In this document: positions 16,561 through 27,300 of the stretch, one piece after another | How the letters are laid out: each line of letters opens with the position of its first letter | How positions within the stretch are numbered: the first letter of the stretch is position 1 | Assembly (NCBI GenBank): GCA_965140445.1 | Contig: OZ223236.1 | Span: forward strand, 2,272,001-2,336,000 | DNA: 64,000 nt | Direction: 5' to 3' | Origin: Candidatus Ozemobacteraceae bacterium | GTDB lineage: Bacteria; Muiribacteriota; Ozemobacteria; Ozemobacterales; Ozemobacteraceae | Translations under genes and position numbers: made by a program | Notes under the pieces: generated by a model | The model's input: only the letters and a program-made list of their open reading frames with translations | Databases searched by the model: none | Told to the model about the DNA's origin: nothing

Positions 16561-18375
16561 TTATTTTAGAACTTTTTTTGCTAATTCCTTAAACAACTTC
16601 AGTTCAGGTTCATGGCTTAAAATTGATGCCGTCCAGAAAGCGGTATCTTCAAGGTCAGCACCAATGGTTTCTTGAGCAACAATATGTGCATAATCACTGC
16701 CAGAACGTCTTAAGAACTCTCTATATTTGGGAAGGAAAGCTTCTCTGTCCTGTTTAAACATTGTATATAGACCACGCGACAGAAGATATCCAAAAGAATA
16801 AGGGTAGTTATAAAAGCTTGCATCGGTTAAGTAAAAGTGCATTTTTGATGCCCAGAAAAATGGATCTTCACCGTTATCAATAAGTAGGTTACCAAACTTT
16901 TCTTTCATGGCATTGCTCATTAATTCTTTTAGGCGTGCAACACTTACTTCACTCTTTTTTCTTTCTTCGTAGAAAGACTTTTCGAACATGAATCTGATTG
17001 GAATGTCTATTAAAAAAGCCATTCCGTGATTTAATTCTTGTGTCAGAATGTTAAGCTTTTGAGCATCTGAAATCTCAGGGTCATTTAGAATTCCATCTGC
17101 CAGAAGCATTTCGCCAAAAGTTGATGCAGCTTCAGCTAATGTCATTGGATAATTTTTTAAATTAGGCCGCATTCCCTTCATAAGATGGCTATGGAATGCG
17201 TGTCCGATCTCATGGGCAAGGGTAGAAACATCTCCAAGACTTCCTGAATGAGTCATGAATACTCTGGATTCTTCTGTTAAGTAAGAACCTGTACAAAAAG
17301 CGCCTGGCATTTTACCATTTCGAGGTTCGGCCTCAACCCATCTTTTATCAATTGCCATTCGAAAAAATTCACCCAGTTCAGGAATGCTTTGTGAGAAAGC
17401 GTTATCTACAAGTTTTACTGCTTTTTCCCATGAATACTTTTCCAGTCCAGGAATTTCAACTGGAGCTTCAAAGTCATACCAGGTTAGCCCGTTAAGTCCC
17501 ATTATCTCAGCCTTTGCAAATCCTAATTTTCTTGCAAAGTCGGCATTTTCTTCGATCGCTTTAAACATAGCATCAAGAGATTTTTGAGAAATTCTTGATT
17601 CTTTTAGCGATTGGTCGAGGAAGTTTTCTATCCCGCGTTTTTTATTGATTGTAAGCCGGGTGCCAGCTATTGAATTTAAAGCTTGAGCGCAGATGTCCGA
17701 GATATTTTCCCAGGCTTTGTTGCCTCTTTCAAAAGCATTTTTTCTAACTTCTCTATCTGGATTTTGCATTAATGAACGACATTGAGCCATAGGAATTTCT
17801 TCTTCTTTTCCATCAGGCCAGAGCATATTAAAGGAAAGTTTTCCGCTTAATGTGAAATATAGTCTTTCCCATGCACTGTAACCAACTACTCCCAGCTCGG
17901 CATTCAGGTTTTCCAGTTCCTTAGTCATCGAAGTTTTAGCCCTGGCTCTTGATTCTTTTAGCATAAGATGGATGTCTTTAAGTTTTTCTCTTTTCAGGAA
18001 GTTTGAGAAATCCTCATCGCTAACTTCGATAAAACCTAAATCCAGATTAATACCTAATTTCTCAAATTCCGCACCAAGAGTTGCCATTTCAGATGATTCT
18101 CTTTGATATTCTTCGTTGTTGGCGTCATCGGCTGTTAAGCAGCCAATGTAAGAGAAAAAATGGCTGGCGTATTTGCTCAAATCTTCTAAATCGAGTATGC
18201 ACTTTTCCCAGGCCTCAAAATTATTAGCTGAAAGCGGTGCTAATTGAGAGATTTCCGATTGCAGATTCTGAATTTTTTTCTTTAAATCTGCTTTAAATTC
18301 AATCATTTCCGGGCCTTGAAATTTTGGAAAAAAGGAATCCAAATTCCAGGTTACAGCTTCATTCATACTGTACAT
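16561..18375 (-). CDS. pepF: Oligoendopeptidase F (M3B), copy 1
   Basis: TLAHEIGHAFH, TLAEAAS, FYNYPYSFG; AGGAGG RBS. Confidence 0.92.
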   Translation of the reverse strand: MYSMNEAVTWNLDSFFPKFQGPEMIEFKADLKKKIQNLQSEISQLAPLSANNFEAWEKCILDLEDLSKYASHFFSYIGCLTADDANNEEYQRESSEMATLGAEFEKLGINLDLGFIEVSDEDFSNFLKREKLKDIHLMLKESRARAKTSMTKELENLNAELGVVGYSAWERLYFTLSGKLSFNMLWPDGKEEEIPMAQCRSLMQNPDREVRKNAFERGNKAWENISDICAQALNSIAGTRLTINKKRGIENFLDQSLKESRISQKSLDAMFKAIEENADFARKLGFAKAEIMGLNGLTWYDFEAPVEIPGLEKYSWEKAVKLVDNAFSQSIPELGEFFRMAIDKRWVEAEPRNGKMPGAFCTGSYLTEESRVFMTHSGSLGDVSTLAHEIGHAFHSHLMKGMRPNLKNYPMTLAEAASTFGEMLLADGILNDPEISDAQKLNILTQELNHGMAFLIDIPIRFMFEKSFYEERKKSEVSVARLKELMSNAMKEKFGNLLIDNGEDPFFWASKMHFYLTDASFYNYPYSFGYLLSRGLYTMFKQDREAFLPKYREFLRRSGSDYAHIVAQETIGADLEDTAFWTASILSHEPELKLFKELAKKVLK

Positions 18376-18493
18376 TCCTCCTTGATGGATTGGCAGAAAT
18401 ATAGCACTTTTTTGCAGGTCAAATCAAGTCCAATACCGAAGCAGAGAGCCTTTAAAGCCTTATGAATAAAGACTGTGGGATGAGAATATAAGT

Positions 18494-19891
18494 TTATATA
18501 ATTATTGGAATTAGTAAATTAAGAGCTTTTCTTAGTTCAGTTTCCGACAACCCGCCAAATCCTATAACCAGACCTTTTGTCTTAGCTGAAGAAATGCTTT
18601 GGTTATAGCTGGACAGTCCAATAATACGAATCCCGGTTAATCTGGCTTTTTCAACTATCGATTTCTCCGAAAGCTTTGATTTTAAATGCAGCAATACGTG
18701 GAGACCAGAATTTACGCCAGATATGGAAATATGTTTCTGATAAGGGGATAGAATTTCGATTAAGACTTCTATTTTTCTTTTATAAGCTTTTCGCATTCGA
18801 TTTAGGTGTTTTTCAAAGCCTCCTTCTTTGATGAAGCTGGCAAGAATAAGCTGGTCTACTCTTGATACAGTGCAAGAGTAAAAAAAGAACTCTCTTTGGT
18901 ATTTTTCCATCAAATTTAACGGAAGAACCATGTATCCAATTCTTAATGATGGACAAAGAGACTTTGAAAAAGTTGATAAATAAATTACTTTGTCATTTTC
19001 TGCAATACTTTGCAGAGATGGTATAGGAACGCCACTGTATCTGAATTCACTGTCATAGTCGTCTTCAATGATATATCTGTCTTTCGACTCTCTGGCCCAG
19101 TTTAATAATTTCACCCTTCTGTTAGCTGATAGAATGCTCGCATTTGGGAATTGATGAGCCGGGGTCAGATAAAGGATGTTGGCGTTACTTTTCAAAACTT
19201 CATCAACTACAACACCTTGTTCGTCAATGCTTAGAGGAAGATATTTTCTTTGAAAACATTCCAGGACATGTCTGATTAGTGGGTAACCTGGGTTTTCAAC
19301 TCCATAGGTTGCTTTGTCCCCTAAAAGTGAAATCAATTGAGGGAATAGTTGTTCAATCCCAGATCCGATAACAATTTGATCTACAGAACAATTTACCCCT
19401 CTTGAGTAAAAGAGATAATTTGCAATTTCACTACGTAGTTCTAACTCTCCAGTTGGGCACCCAAGATTTAGTATATCTGAATTTTCTTTGGACAAAACTT
19501 GCTTGTGAATCTTTTTCCACGTAGAAAAAGGGAAAAGGTCTGTTTCTATTCTCCCTGGATGAAAATCAAACTCTATTTCATTATCAAATTTTTCATGAAT
19601 TGGTTTCGTTTTAAAATTTTTATTTGGGATTTTAATAAGTTCTTCGTCGGCTTGAACGAAAAATCCACTGCGTGGCTTTGAAATGATGAAGCCTTCAGCA
19701 ACTAATTGCTCATAAGCAATCTCTACAGGCGTTTGACTAATTCCAAGCCCTTCGCTGAGCTTTTTTTTGGCTGGTAATCTTGTTCCAAAAGATAATTTCC
19801 CATCAATAATTGCCTTTTTTATATGGGAATAAATTTGTTCATAAAGGGGTTTTCGAAAATTCTTATTGATATTAAAGCTCAAGTTATACAT
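18494..19891 (-). CDS. pdxR: MocR/GntR PLP-dependent regulator PdxR
   Basis: N-terminal wHTH (PLYEQIY...LP) plus aminotransferase-like domain (YIIEDDYDSEFRY, STFSK); divergent from pdxST. Confidence 0.9.
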   Translation of the reverse strand: MYNLSFNINKNFRKPLYEQIYSHIKKAIIDGKLSFGTRLPAKKKLSEGLGISQTPVEIAYEQLVAEGFIISKPRSGFFVQADEELIKIPNKNFKTKPIHEKFDNEIEFDFHPGRIETDLFPFSTWKKIHKQVLSKENSDILNLGCPTGELELRSEIANYLFYSRGVNCSVDQIVIGSGIEQLFPQLISLLGDKATYGVENPGYPLIRHVLECFQRKYLPLSIDEQGVVVDEVLKSNANILYLTPAHQFPNASILSANRRVKLLNWARESKDRYIIEDDYDSEFRYSGVPIPSLQSIAENDKVIYLSTFSKSLCPSLRIGYMVLPLNLMEKYQREFFFYSCTVSRVDQLILASFIKEGGFEKHLNRMRKAYKRKIEVLIEILSPYQKHISISGVNSGLHVLLHLKSKLSEKSIVEKARLTGIRIIGLSSYNQSISSAKTKGLVIGFGGLSETELRKALNLLIPIII

Positions 19892-19912
19892 TTCCCACCA
19901 GCCCGATTTAAA

Positions 19913-19958
19913 CTGACCACTTTATAAAAGTAGAAACTGACTATTTTAAAATAGTCAG
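19913..19958. promoter_or_regulatory. PdxR operator (two direct repeats plus one inverted)
   Basis: CTGACC-N18-CTGACT-N10-AGTCAG. Confidence 0.8.
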
Positions 19959-20005
19959 CTGTATTGTAGCCTCCTCTTGTTTAAATTTGCAATCATGGAG
20001 AACAA

Positions 20006-20896
20006 ATGGAAAATATTAACAAGGGAACGATACGGGTAAAAAGAGGGATGGCAGAAATGCAAAAGGGCGGCGTTATAATGGATGTCATCAATGCGGATCA
20101 GGCTAAGATTGCTGAAGCGGCTGGAGCAGTAGCAGTTATGGCACTTGAAAGAGTTCCGTCTGATATAAGAAAAGCCGGTGGGGTCGCCAGAATGGCTGAT
20201 CCCAGAATTGTTGAAGAAGTCTTAAATGCAGTTTCAATTCCAGTTATGGCAAAGGCAAGAATAGGGCATATTTCAGAAGCAAGAATTCTTGAAAGTATGG
20301 GCGTCGATTACATTGATGAAAGCGAAGTTCTTACTCCAGCGGATGATGAATTTCACATCTGGAAAACTGATTTTACAGTACCATTTGTTTGTGGATGCAG
20401 AGATCTTGGAGAAGCTGCCCGTAGAATTGGGGAAGGCGCTTCAATGCTACGAACAAAGGGTGAACCAGGAACTGGAAACATTGTTGAAGCTGTAAGGCAT
20501 ATGCGTCAAGTAAATTCTCAGGTAAAAAAGATTCTCAATATGAGTGAAGATGAGTTGATGACAGAAGCAAAAAAACTTGGCGCACCAATCCATATTTTAG
20601 TTGAAATCAGAAAAGCTGGCAGGCTTCCTGTGGTAAATTTTGCGGCTGGGGGAATTGCAACTCCTGCTGATGCTGCTTTAATGATGGAACTTGGGGCCGA
20701 TGGAGTTTTTGTTGGTTCTGGTATTTTCAAGTCTGAAAACCCTGAAAAATTTGCACGAGCAATAGTTCAGGCTACAACTCATTTCAAAGATTATAAAATG
20801 CTTGCGGAATTATCTAAAGATCTTGGAACGCCAATGAAAGGAATAGAAATTTCACAACTATTGCCACAGGAAAGAATGCAGGACAGAGGTGAATGA
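20006..20896 (+). CDS. pdxS: PLP synthase subunit PdxS
   Basis: [47 protein letters not shown]. Confidence 0.98.
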   Translation: MENINKGTIRVKRGMAEMQKGGVIMDVINADQAKIAEAAGAVAVMALERVPSDIRKAGGVARMADPRIVEEVLNAVSIPVMAKARIGHISEARILESMGVDYIDESEVLTPADDEFHIWKTDFTVPFVCGCRDLGEAARRIGEGASMLRTKGEPGTGNIVEAVRHMRQVNSQVKKILNMSEDELMTEAKKLGAPIHILVEIRKAGRLPVVNFAAGGIATPADAALMMELGADGVFVGSGIFKSENPEKFARAIVQATTHFKDYKMLAELSKDLGTPMKGIEISQLLPQERMQDRGE

Positions 20897-21471
20897 TTGT
20901 GAAAGTTGGAGTTCTTGCCTTTCAGGGGGCAGTAAGTGAAATATTCAATGCAGTCAGATTGGGGGGAGCAGAGCCTGTTTCTGTAAAGAAACCGAATGAT
21001 CTAAATTCAATAGAGGCTTTGATACTACCTGGTGGTGAAAGTTCTGCTATGAGAAAGCTCATTGACGGCGTGGGCATGCTTCAACCACTGAAAGACTTTG
21101 TCGATTCTGGAAAACCTGTGATGGGAATTTGCGCGGGGATGATCTTGCTGGCGAGAGAAATCGAAGGAGAGCTAGAGCCACATATTGCAAAAATGGATGT
21201 TTCAGTAAAAAGGAATTCGTTTGGACGCCAGGTGGATAGCTTTGAAACAAGCTTAAGTATAAAAGGCATTGGAGAGGGATTCCCTGCTGTTTTTATCAGG
21301 GCTCCTCATATTACCGGTGTGGGTGAAGAGGTAGAGGTTCTGGCAAAGGTTGAAGATAGAGTGGTATTCGCTCGACAGAATAATCTTGTTGGTTGCTCAT
21401 TTCATCCAGAATTAACGGAAGATACGAGGATTATGTTCTGGTTCCTGAGTTTGATTCAAACTAAAGAATGA
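20893..21471 (+). CDS. pdxT: PLP synthase glutaminase subunit PdxT
   Basis: [33 protein letters not shown]. Confidence 0.97.
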   Translation: MIVKVGVLAFQGAVSEIFNAVRLGGAEPVSVKKPNDLNSIEALILPGGESSAMRKLIDGVGMLQPLKDFVDSGKPVMGICAGMILLAREIEGELEPHIAKMDVSVKRNSFGRQVDSFETSLSIKGIGEGFPAVFIRAPHITGVGEEVEVLAKVEDRVVFARQNNLVGCSFHPELTEDTRIMFWFLSLIQTKE

Positions 21472-21652
21472 CAATTTCGTCATCTTCCTTATTGTCTTTT
21501 TCTTGATGAAAATTTTCGGTAGAAATACTATTTTTATCTATTGTCTGGTCAGCATTTTTGCTGGCCTTTTTTTTTGTGTTCTTTTTGCTGTTTTTAACAA
21601 AAACATCTTCAACCTGATCCGACATGATACTAATAATCGTTGATTTAACCAC
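21461..21652 (-). CDS. Small charged hypothetical protein
   Basis: 63-aa ORF, GTG start preceded by GGAG; directly downstream of the M50-like gene. Confidence 0.4.
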   Translation of the reverse strand: MVKSTIISIMSDQVEDVFVKNSKKNTKKKASKNADQTIDKNSISTENFHQEKDNKEDDEIVIL

Positions 21653-21666
21653 TTGTTTCTCCGTTA

Positions 21667-22383
21667 TTAAATAAAATCAGCCAAAAACTGTTGTGAATTC
21701 AAAATATACGGGGCAAGGCTACCGGTAAGCAAACTTGTTATTCCATTAAATACAGGAAGAAATATGATTTGATCAAAGCGGAAAAAAACAATGGCAAGTA
21801 AAATCAAAACTGAATAAGGATGGATTTTTGAAAAAATATCGCAAACCTTTTTTCCCCCTGCGAGCATAAGTAGTTCACTTCCCGTAAAGGGAGGTATAGG
21901 TAGAAAGTTGATAAGAAAAAAGCTTAAGTTTACAGAGAAAACTTTAAACAGAAGTCTGATGAAATAGTTTCCAGGCATGCAGCCGGCCAGATTTGGGAAA
22001 ATTGCTAACTTTGGCAGGAGCGAAAGGAAAAGTCCAACTACCAGGCACGCTATCAAATTCCCCATAATTCCGGAGATTGAAGCTAGAAAACGATTTTTAT
22101 GATTTGAATTAATGGTGGAATCTGATTCAGAGAAAAAAGTTTTACTCCAGCCAAAAACCATCGGCGTTCCAAGGATAACGAGGCCTATCGGAAAAAGGGT
22201 GCCAATAAAGTCCAGGTGGGTTAACGGGTTTGGGCATAAGCGGCTTTTAACTGTTTGCTCCTCTGGATAAGCCTTTTGAAGCGCGTAAGCAGAAAAAACA
22301 GAGTTGAGAACTACTGCTATAAAAAAAGCCGGGGTATATTCTATGATTAATTCTGTAATTCGCACTGTTAGCATCTGGTTCAT
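21667..22383 (-). CDS. Site-2 protease (M50)-like membrane protein, catalytic residues absent
   Basis: NPLTHLD..GT, FGW.K, NFLPIPPFTGS; no HExxH; start placed at ATG 22383. Confidence 0.75.
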   Translation of the reverse strand: MNQMLTVRITELIIEYTPAFFIAVVLNSVFSAYALQKAYPEEQTVKSRLCPNPLTHLDFIGTLFPIGLVILGTPMVFGWSKTFFSESDSTINSNHKNRFLASISGIMGNLIACLVVGLFLSLLPKLAIFPNLAGCMPGNYFIRLLFKVFSVNLSFFLINFLPIPPFTGSELLMLAGGKKVCDIFSKIHPYSVLILLAIVFFRFDQIIFLPVFNGITSLLTGSLAPYILNSQQFLADFI

Positions 22384-22447
22384 GGTGGTAGAATAACACA
22401 ATGTATAGTGACTTTAAACCGAAAATAGGGTTCGGATTCTCCCGCCC

Positions 22448-22476
22448 TTGACATGTTGTTGCAATTACATCATTAT
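22448..22476 (+). promoter_or_regulatory. sigma70-type promoter of yitJ-metH
   Basis: TTGACA-N17-CATTAT. Confidence 0.55.
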
Positions 22477-22505
22477 AGGCGCGAAAAAAAAATATAGGAG
22501 AGCTT

Positions 22506-24353
22506 ATGCTTCAGGATTTTAGAAAGTTTCTTGAAAACAATATTGTGACTTTTGACGGGGCAATGGGGACAATGCTTTATTCAAAAGGCGTTTATATCAA
22601 CCGCGTTTATGATGAATTAAATTTGTCACAGCCTTCGTTGGTTAAGGAAGTCCACAGAGAATACCTTGAAGCAGGCGCTATGGTGCTTGAGACTAATACC
22701 TTTGGCGCAAACAAGTTTAAGCTTGCTCCTCATGGGTTGGCAGATAAATTGGAAGTAATTAATTTCCAGGCAGCCAAAATAGCTCGTGAAGTTGCAGGGG
22801 AAACTGCCTGGGTTGCTGGGGCAATTGGCCCTTTGGGTATCAGAATAGAGCCTTGGGGAAAAACTTCAGTTGAAGAAGCACAGGCTGCTTTTGAAGAACA
22901 GGTCCGCGGTTTATTGGCAGGCGGGGTTGACCTGTTTATTCTGGAAACTTTTTATGATTTGAATGAAATCCATCAGGCAATAAAAGCTGTTAAAAAGCTT
23001 TGTGACAAGCCAATTATTGCGTCAATGACCATTAATGAGGATGGCAATGCACTTTACGGAACAACAGTTGATGTGTTTACACCAAAACTGGAAGAGTGGG
23101 GCGCTGATGTAATAGGGCTTAACTGCTCTGTAGGCCCGAAAACCATGTTTGATGCGGTCGAAAAGATGAGAAACTTGACCAGCAAACCAATTATGGCTCA
23201 GCCAAATGCGGGCCTGCCAAGGGTTGTTGATGGAAGAACAATTTACCTGTGTAACCCTGAATATTTTGGGGAATACGCAAAAAGATTTATTCAACTTGGT
23301 GTTAAGATTATTGGTGGATGCTGTGGAACTACTCCAGAGCATATTAAATGGGTTAGCACCGCTGTCAGGGCAAACTCTCCACAGCAGCCAAAAATGGCCT
23401 CAATTTTGCCTGCTTCAAAAATTATTGAATCTGTTCCGGAAGAAATAACTATTATTCCACTTGAGGAAAAATCTTCTTTTGGTCAGAAGATAAAAGAGAA
23501 AAAATTTGTAGTTACAGCTGAATTAACACCTCCAAAAGGATGTGACCCTGAAGTTGTTCTCAAGCGCGCTAAAGAATTAAAAGATGCTGGTATCGATGCA
23601 ATTAACATTCCTGATGGGCCTCGCGCTTCTGCAAGGCTTAGCCCAATGGCGATGTCTCTTTTGATCGAGCAGCAGGTTGGTATCGAAACTATTCTGCATT
23701 ATTGTTGCAGAGATCGAAATATTCTTGGTATTCAGTCAGATCTACTTGGAGCCTATGCTATTGGCCTAAGAAATATCCTGGCTATTACAGGTGATCCCCC
23801 AAAAGTTGGGAACTACCCACAGGCTACTGCTGTTTTTGACATTGATGCTATTGGTCTGGTTAACGTAATCCGACGCCTAAATTATGGCAGAGATCTTGGT
23901 GGAAACCTCATCGGAAAGCCAACTGGTTTTGTAATGGGGGTTGGAGCAAATCCTGGTGCAATTGATCTGGATCTTGAAGTTCATAGGTTCGAGTGGAAGG
24001 TTGACGCGGGAGCTGAGTATGCCATAACCCAGCCTGTTTTTGATGCTGAGCTGCTTGAGAGGTTTTTGGAAAGAATAAAACATGTTAGAATTCCTATATT
24101 TGCAGGAATCTGGCCACTTGCAAGCTTGAAAAATGCTGAATTCATGAACAACGAGGTTCCAGGGGCTTCTGTTCCGGATGAGCTTTTGGCAAGAATGAGA
24201 AAAGCTGACACCATTCAGGCGCAGAGAGAAGAGGGGATTGCTATCGCAAGAGAAGCTCTTGAGCGTGTTCGTCCTCTCGTGGATGGAGTTCAGATTAGTG
24301 TTCCTTTCGGACGCGTTGAAAGCGTTTTAAAAGTTATCGAAGTTTTAAAGTAA
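22506..24353 (+). CDS. yitJ: Bifunctional homocysteine S-methyltransferase/methylenetetrahydrofolate reductase
   Basis: DGAMGT, GLNCS, GGCCGTTPEHI, then MTHFR domain (ELTPPKG, CRDRN, ITGDPP, ITQPVF). Confidence 0.93.
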   Translation: MLQDFRKFLENNIVTFDGAMGTMLYSKGVYINRVYDELNLSQPSLVKEVHREYLEAGAMVLETNTFGANKFKLAPHGLADKLEVINFQAAKIAREVAGETAWVAGAIGPLGIRIEPWGKTSVEEAQAAFEEQVRGLLAGGVDLFILETFYDLNEIHQAIKAVKKLCDKPIIASMTINEDGNALYGTTVDVFTPKLEEWGADVIGLNCSVGPKTMFDAVEKMRNLTSKPIMAQPNAGLPRVVDGRTIYLCNPEYFGEYAKRFIQLGVKIIGGCCGTTPEHIKWVSTAVRANSPQQPKMASILPASKIIESVPEEITIIPLEEKSSFGQKIKEKKFVVTAELTPPKGCDPEVVLKRAKELKDAGIDAINIPDGPRASARLSPMAMSLLIEQQVGIETILHYCCRDRNILGIQSDLLGAYAIGLRNILAITGDPPKVGNYPQATAVFDIDAIGLVNVIRRLNYGRDLGGNLIGKPTGFVMGVGANPGAIDLDLEVHRFEWKVDAGAEYAITQPVFDAELLERFLERIKHVRIPIFAGIWPLASLKNAEFMNNEVPGASVPDELLARMRKADTIQAQREEGIAIAREALERVRPLVDGVQISVPFGRVESVLKVIEVLK

Positions 24354-24365
24354 TTGGAGTATTTG

Positions 24366-27300
24366 ATGAGTAGATTAACCGTAGCACAATTTAACGAGAT
24401 TCTAGCTGAAGGCGTCCTGGTCTACGACGGAGCGATGGGGACAAATCTCCAGGTTCAGGGGCTCAGTTTAGAAGATTTTGGTGGGTGCGAAGGATGTAGT
24501 GAAGCTCTGAATTTATTTGCTCCACATGCAGTAAAGAAGGTTCATCTCGGATTTCTTGAGGTTGGATGTCGTGTTATTGAAACCAATACATTTGGTGGAA
24601 CCAGGATTACCTTAAAGGAATATGACCTGCAGGATCGAGTTGAAGAAATAAATAAGAAGGCTGTTGAAATTGCTAAAGAAGCAATTGTTGAGGCTGGCAA
24701 AGATTACCAATGCTTTATAGCCGCTTCTGTAGGTCCAACTTCGGCACTACCAACCCTCGGAAATATAAGCTTTGATGATATGGCGGAAGCCTATCTCGAA
24801 CAATTCAGAGTTTTGTGGGATGCTGGCGTAGATATTTTTCAAATTGAAACCTGTCAGGATCTTCTTCAGGTCAAATCAGCATTGTTTGCATTAGAGAGCC
24901 TTTTTATTGAAAAAGAGGATCGCTGCCCGGTGGTTGTTTCTGTTACTCTTGAAGCAACAGGCACAATGCTTATGGGTAGCGACATTAGTGCTGTCACCAC
25001 AACACTTGAGCCATACAGTTTTATTGATGCGCTAAGTATAAATTGTGCAACTGGCCCTCTTGAAATGGTAAGGCATGTTTCCTATTTAACAGAAAAATGG
25101 CCAAGAGCGGTTGGAGTTATGCCAAATGCTGGATTGCCAATAAATGTTGATGGCAATGCTGTTTACAAAATGACCCCAGAAGAATTTTCAGGTTTTCAGA
25201 AAGAATTTGTCAGCAAATATGGTGTGAATATTGTTGGTGGGTGTTGTGGAACCAGACCAGATCACTTATTAGCTGTGGTTGAAGCTGTAAAAGGTATTAA
25301 ACCGGCAGAAAGAAAAGTGGATTATCAACCCTCTGTTTCCAGCTTGTTTTCGGCGGCTACACTGAAACAAGAACCTGCGCCAGCCCTCGTCGGAGAGAGA
25401 ACTAACGCCAATGGAGCAAAAAAGTTTCGTGACTATCTTCTTGAAAACGAGTGGGATGGAATTGTGGCAATGGGGCGTGAGCAGGCTAAAGGTGGCGCTC
25501 ACCTGTTGGATCTTTGCACTGCATACGTCGGAAGAGATGAGGTTGAGGACTTTAAAGAACTGATTCCAAGATTTGCCAAAAATGTAAAGCTGCCTTTGAT
25601 GATAGATTCTACAAGTGCTGATTCAATTGAAGTCGCTTTGAAACTTCATGGTGGAAGATGCGTTATTAATTCAGTGAATCTTGAAGATGGCGGTACAAAG
25701 TTACATCGGGTAGCCAAGCTTGCAAAACGATTTGGAGCCGCTTTGATCTGTTTAACCATTGACGAAGAAGGAATGGCGAAGACGGCTGAGCAAAAAGTTG
25801 CCATTGCAAAACGAATTAGATCTATTCTTCACGACGAATATGGTTTTAGAGATTCTGATCTAATTTTTGATCTGCTAACTTTTACAGTCGGCAGTGGTGA
25901 TGCGGATTTAAGAAACTCTGCTGTTGAAACCCTTAACGCAATTGAAATTTTGATGAAGGAGTTTCCAGAAACGAATACAATTCTGGGAGTTAGTAATGTT
26001 TCATTTGGTTTGAATCCGGCTGCAAGAGAAATTCTTAACAGTTTGTTTTTATCCATGGCAGTTAAAAAAGGTTTAACCTCTGCTATTGTTAATCCTGCAA
26101 AAATTCTTCCAGTATTTAGAATTCCGGAAAAAGAGCGAAAGCTCGCAGAGGATCTGCTTTTAAACGTTAGAAATGACGGTTCAGAGCTTTCTGCATATCT
26201 GGATGCATTTCAGGGGGCGGTAAAAAGGCATACGACGGTTGATCTTGAGTCCTTACCTCCAGAAAGTAGATTGCTTGAAAAGGTTGTTGACGGAGATGGA
26301 ACCGATCTCGAAAAGTTGGTTACAGAACTAAGAGAAAAGCTTGCTCCAGAAGAAATAATTAACAAAATTCTTTTGGTTGCTATGAAAAAGGTTGGCGAGT
26401 TATTTGGCTCGGGACAACTGCAGCTTCCTTTTGTTCTACAGTCTGCAGAGGTAGTAAAGCGAACCGTAAAAATGCTTGAACCTTTTATGGAAAAGAAAGA
26501 AGCAGACCCAGATCGAAAGGTCATTCTCGCAACTGTTGCTGGAGATGTTCATGATATTGGAAAGAATCTGGTAAATATAATGCTTTCCAATAATGGTTAC
26601 ACTGTTTTTGATCTTGGCATCAAGGTAGATATAGATACTATGATCAAGGCTGCTCAGGAACAAGGAGCAAACGTAATTGGCATGAGTGGTCTTTTGGTTC
26701 GTTCTACTCAGGTTATGAAGGAAAATCTTGAAGAGCTCAATCGAAGAGAATTTCTTCCCAATATCATTCTTGGCGGAGCTGCTTTAACTGCTGATTTTGT
26801 AAATAAGGACCTCAAGAAAATCTACAACGGTGAAGTTTTTTATGCAAAAGACGCAGTTGATGGTTTGCACATATTAGAGAAACTTATTAGTGGCGAACCG
26901 GTTGAAGTTGCTGAAGCACCAATGTCAGAGGCCGAGGCCGAGGTAGCGGAATCAATCGCTTCTACAAAGGTTGAAGAAATTCAGGAAGCCGATAATAAAG
27001 TTTCTGGAGAAGCTATTGGTGCCGCAAATCGTCACCAGTTTGTTAATAAAGATGAAATTATTAAAGCCCCATTTTTCAGCAACCATTTCCTGGAAATAGA
27101 CGCTGGAAGCTTGTTGCATCTAATGTCCCACAAAATCCTTTTTGAAGCTAGATGGGGATACAAAAAAGCCGGTATGTCTGCAGAAGAGTATGAACAAGTT
27201 CTGGAGAAAGAGGCAAGACCTTCTCTAAATAGATTGATTGATCTAATAAAAAAAGAGGATCTATTCCAGGGAAAAGGTGTTTATGGTTACTATAGATGCC

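Noticed and set aside
18440..18476. Imperfect inverted repeat at the edge of the pdx cassette, possible insertion scar
   Set aside because: Weak, AT-rich, and no matching copy at the other end
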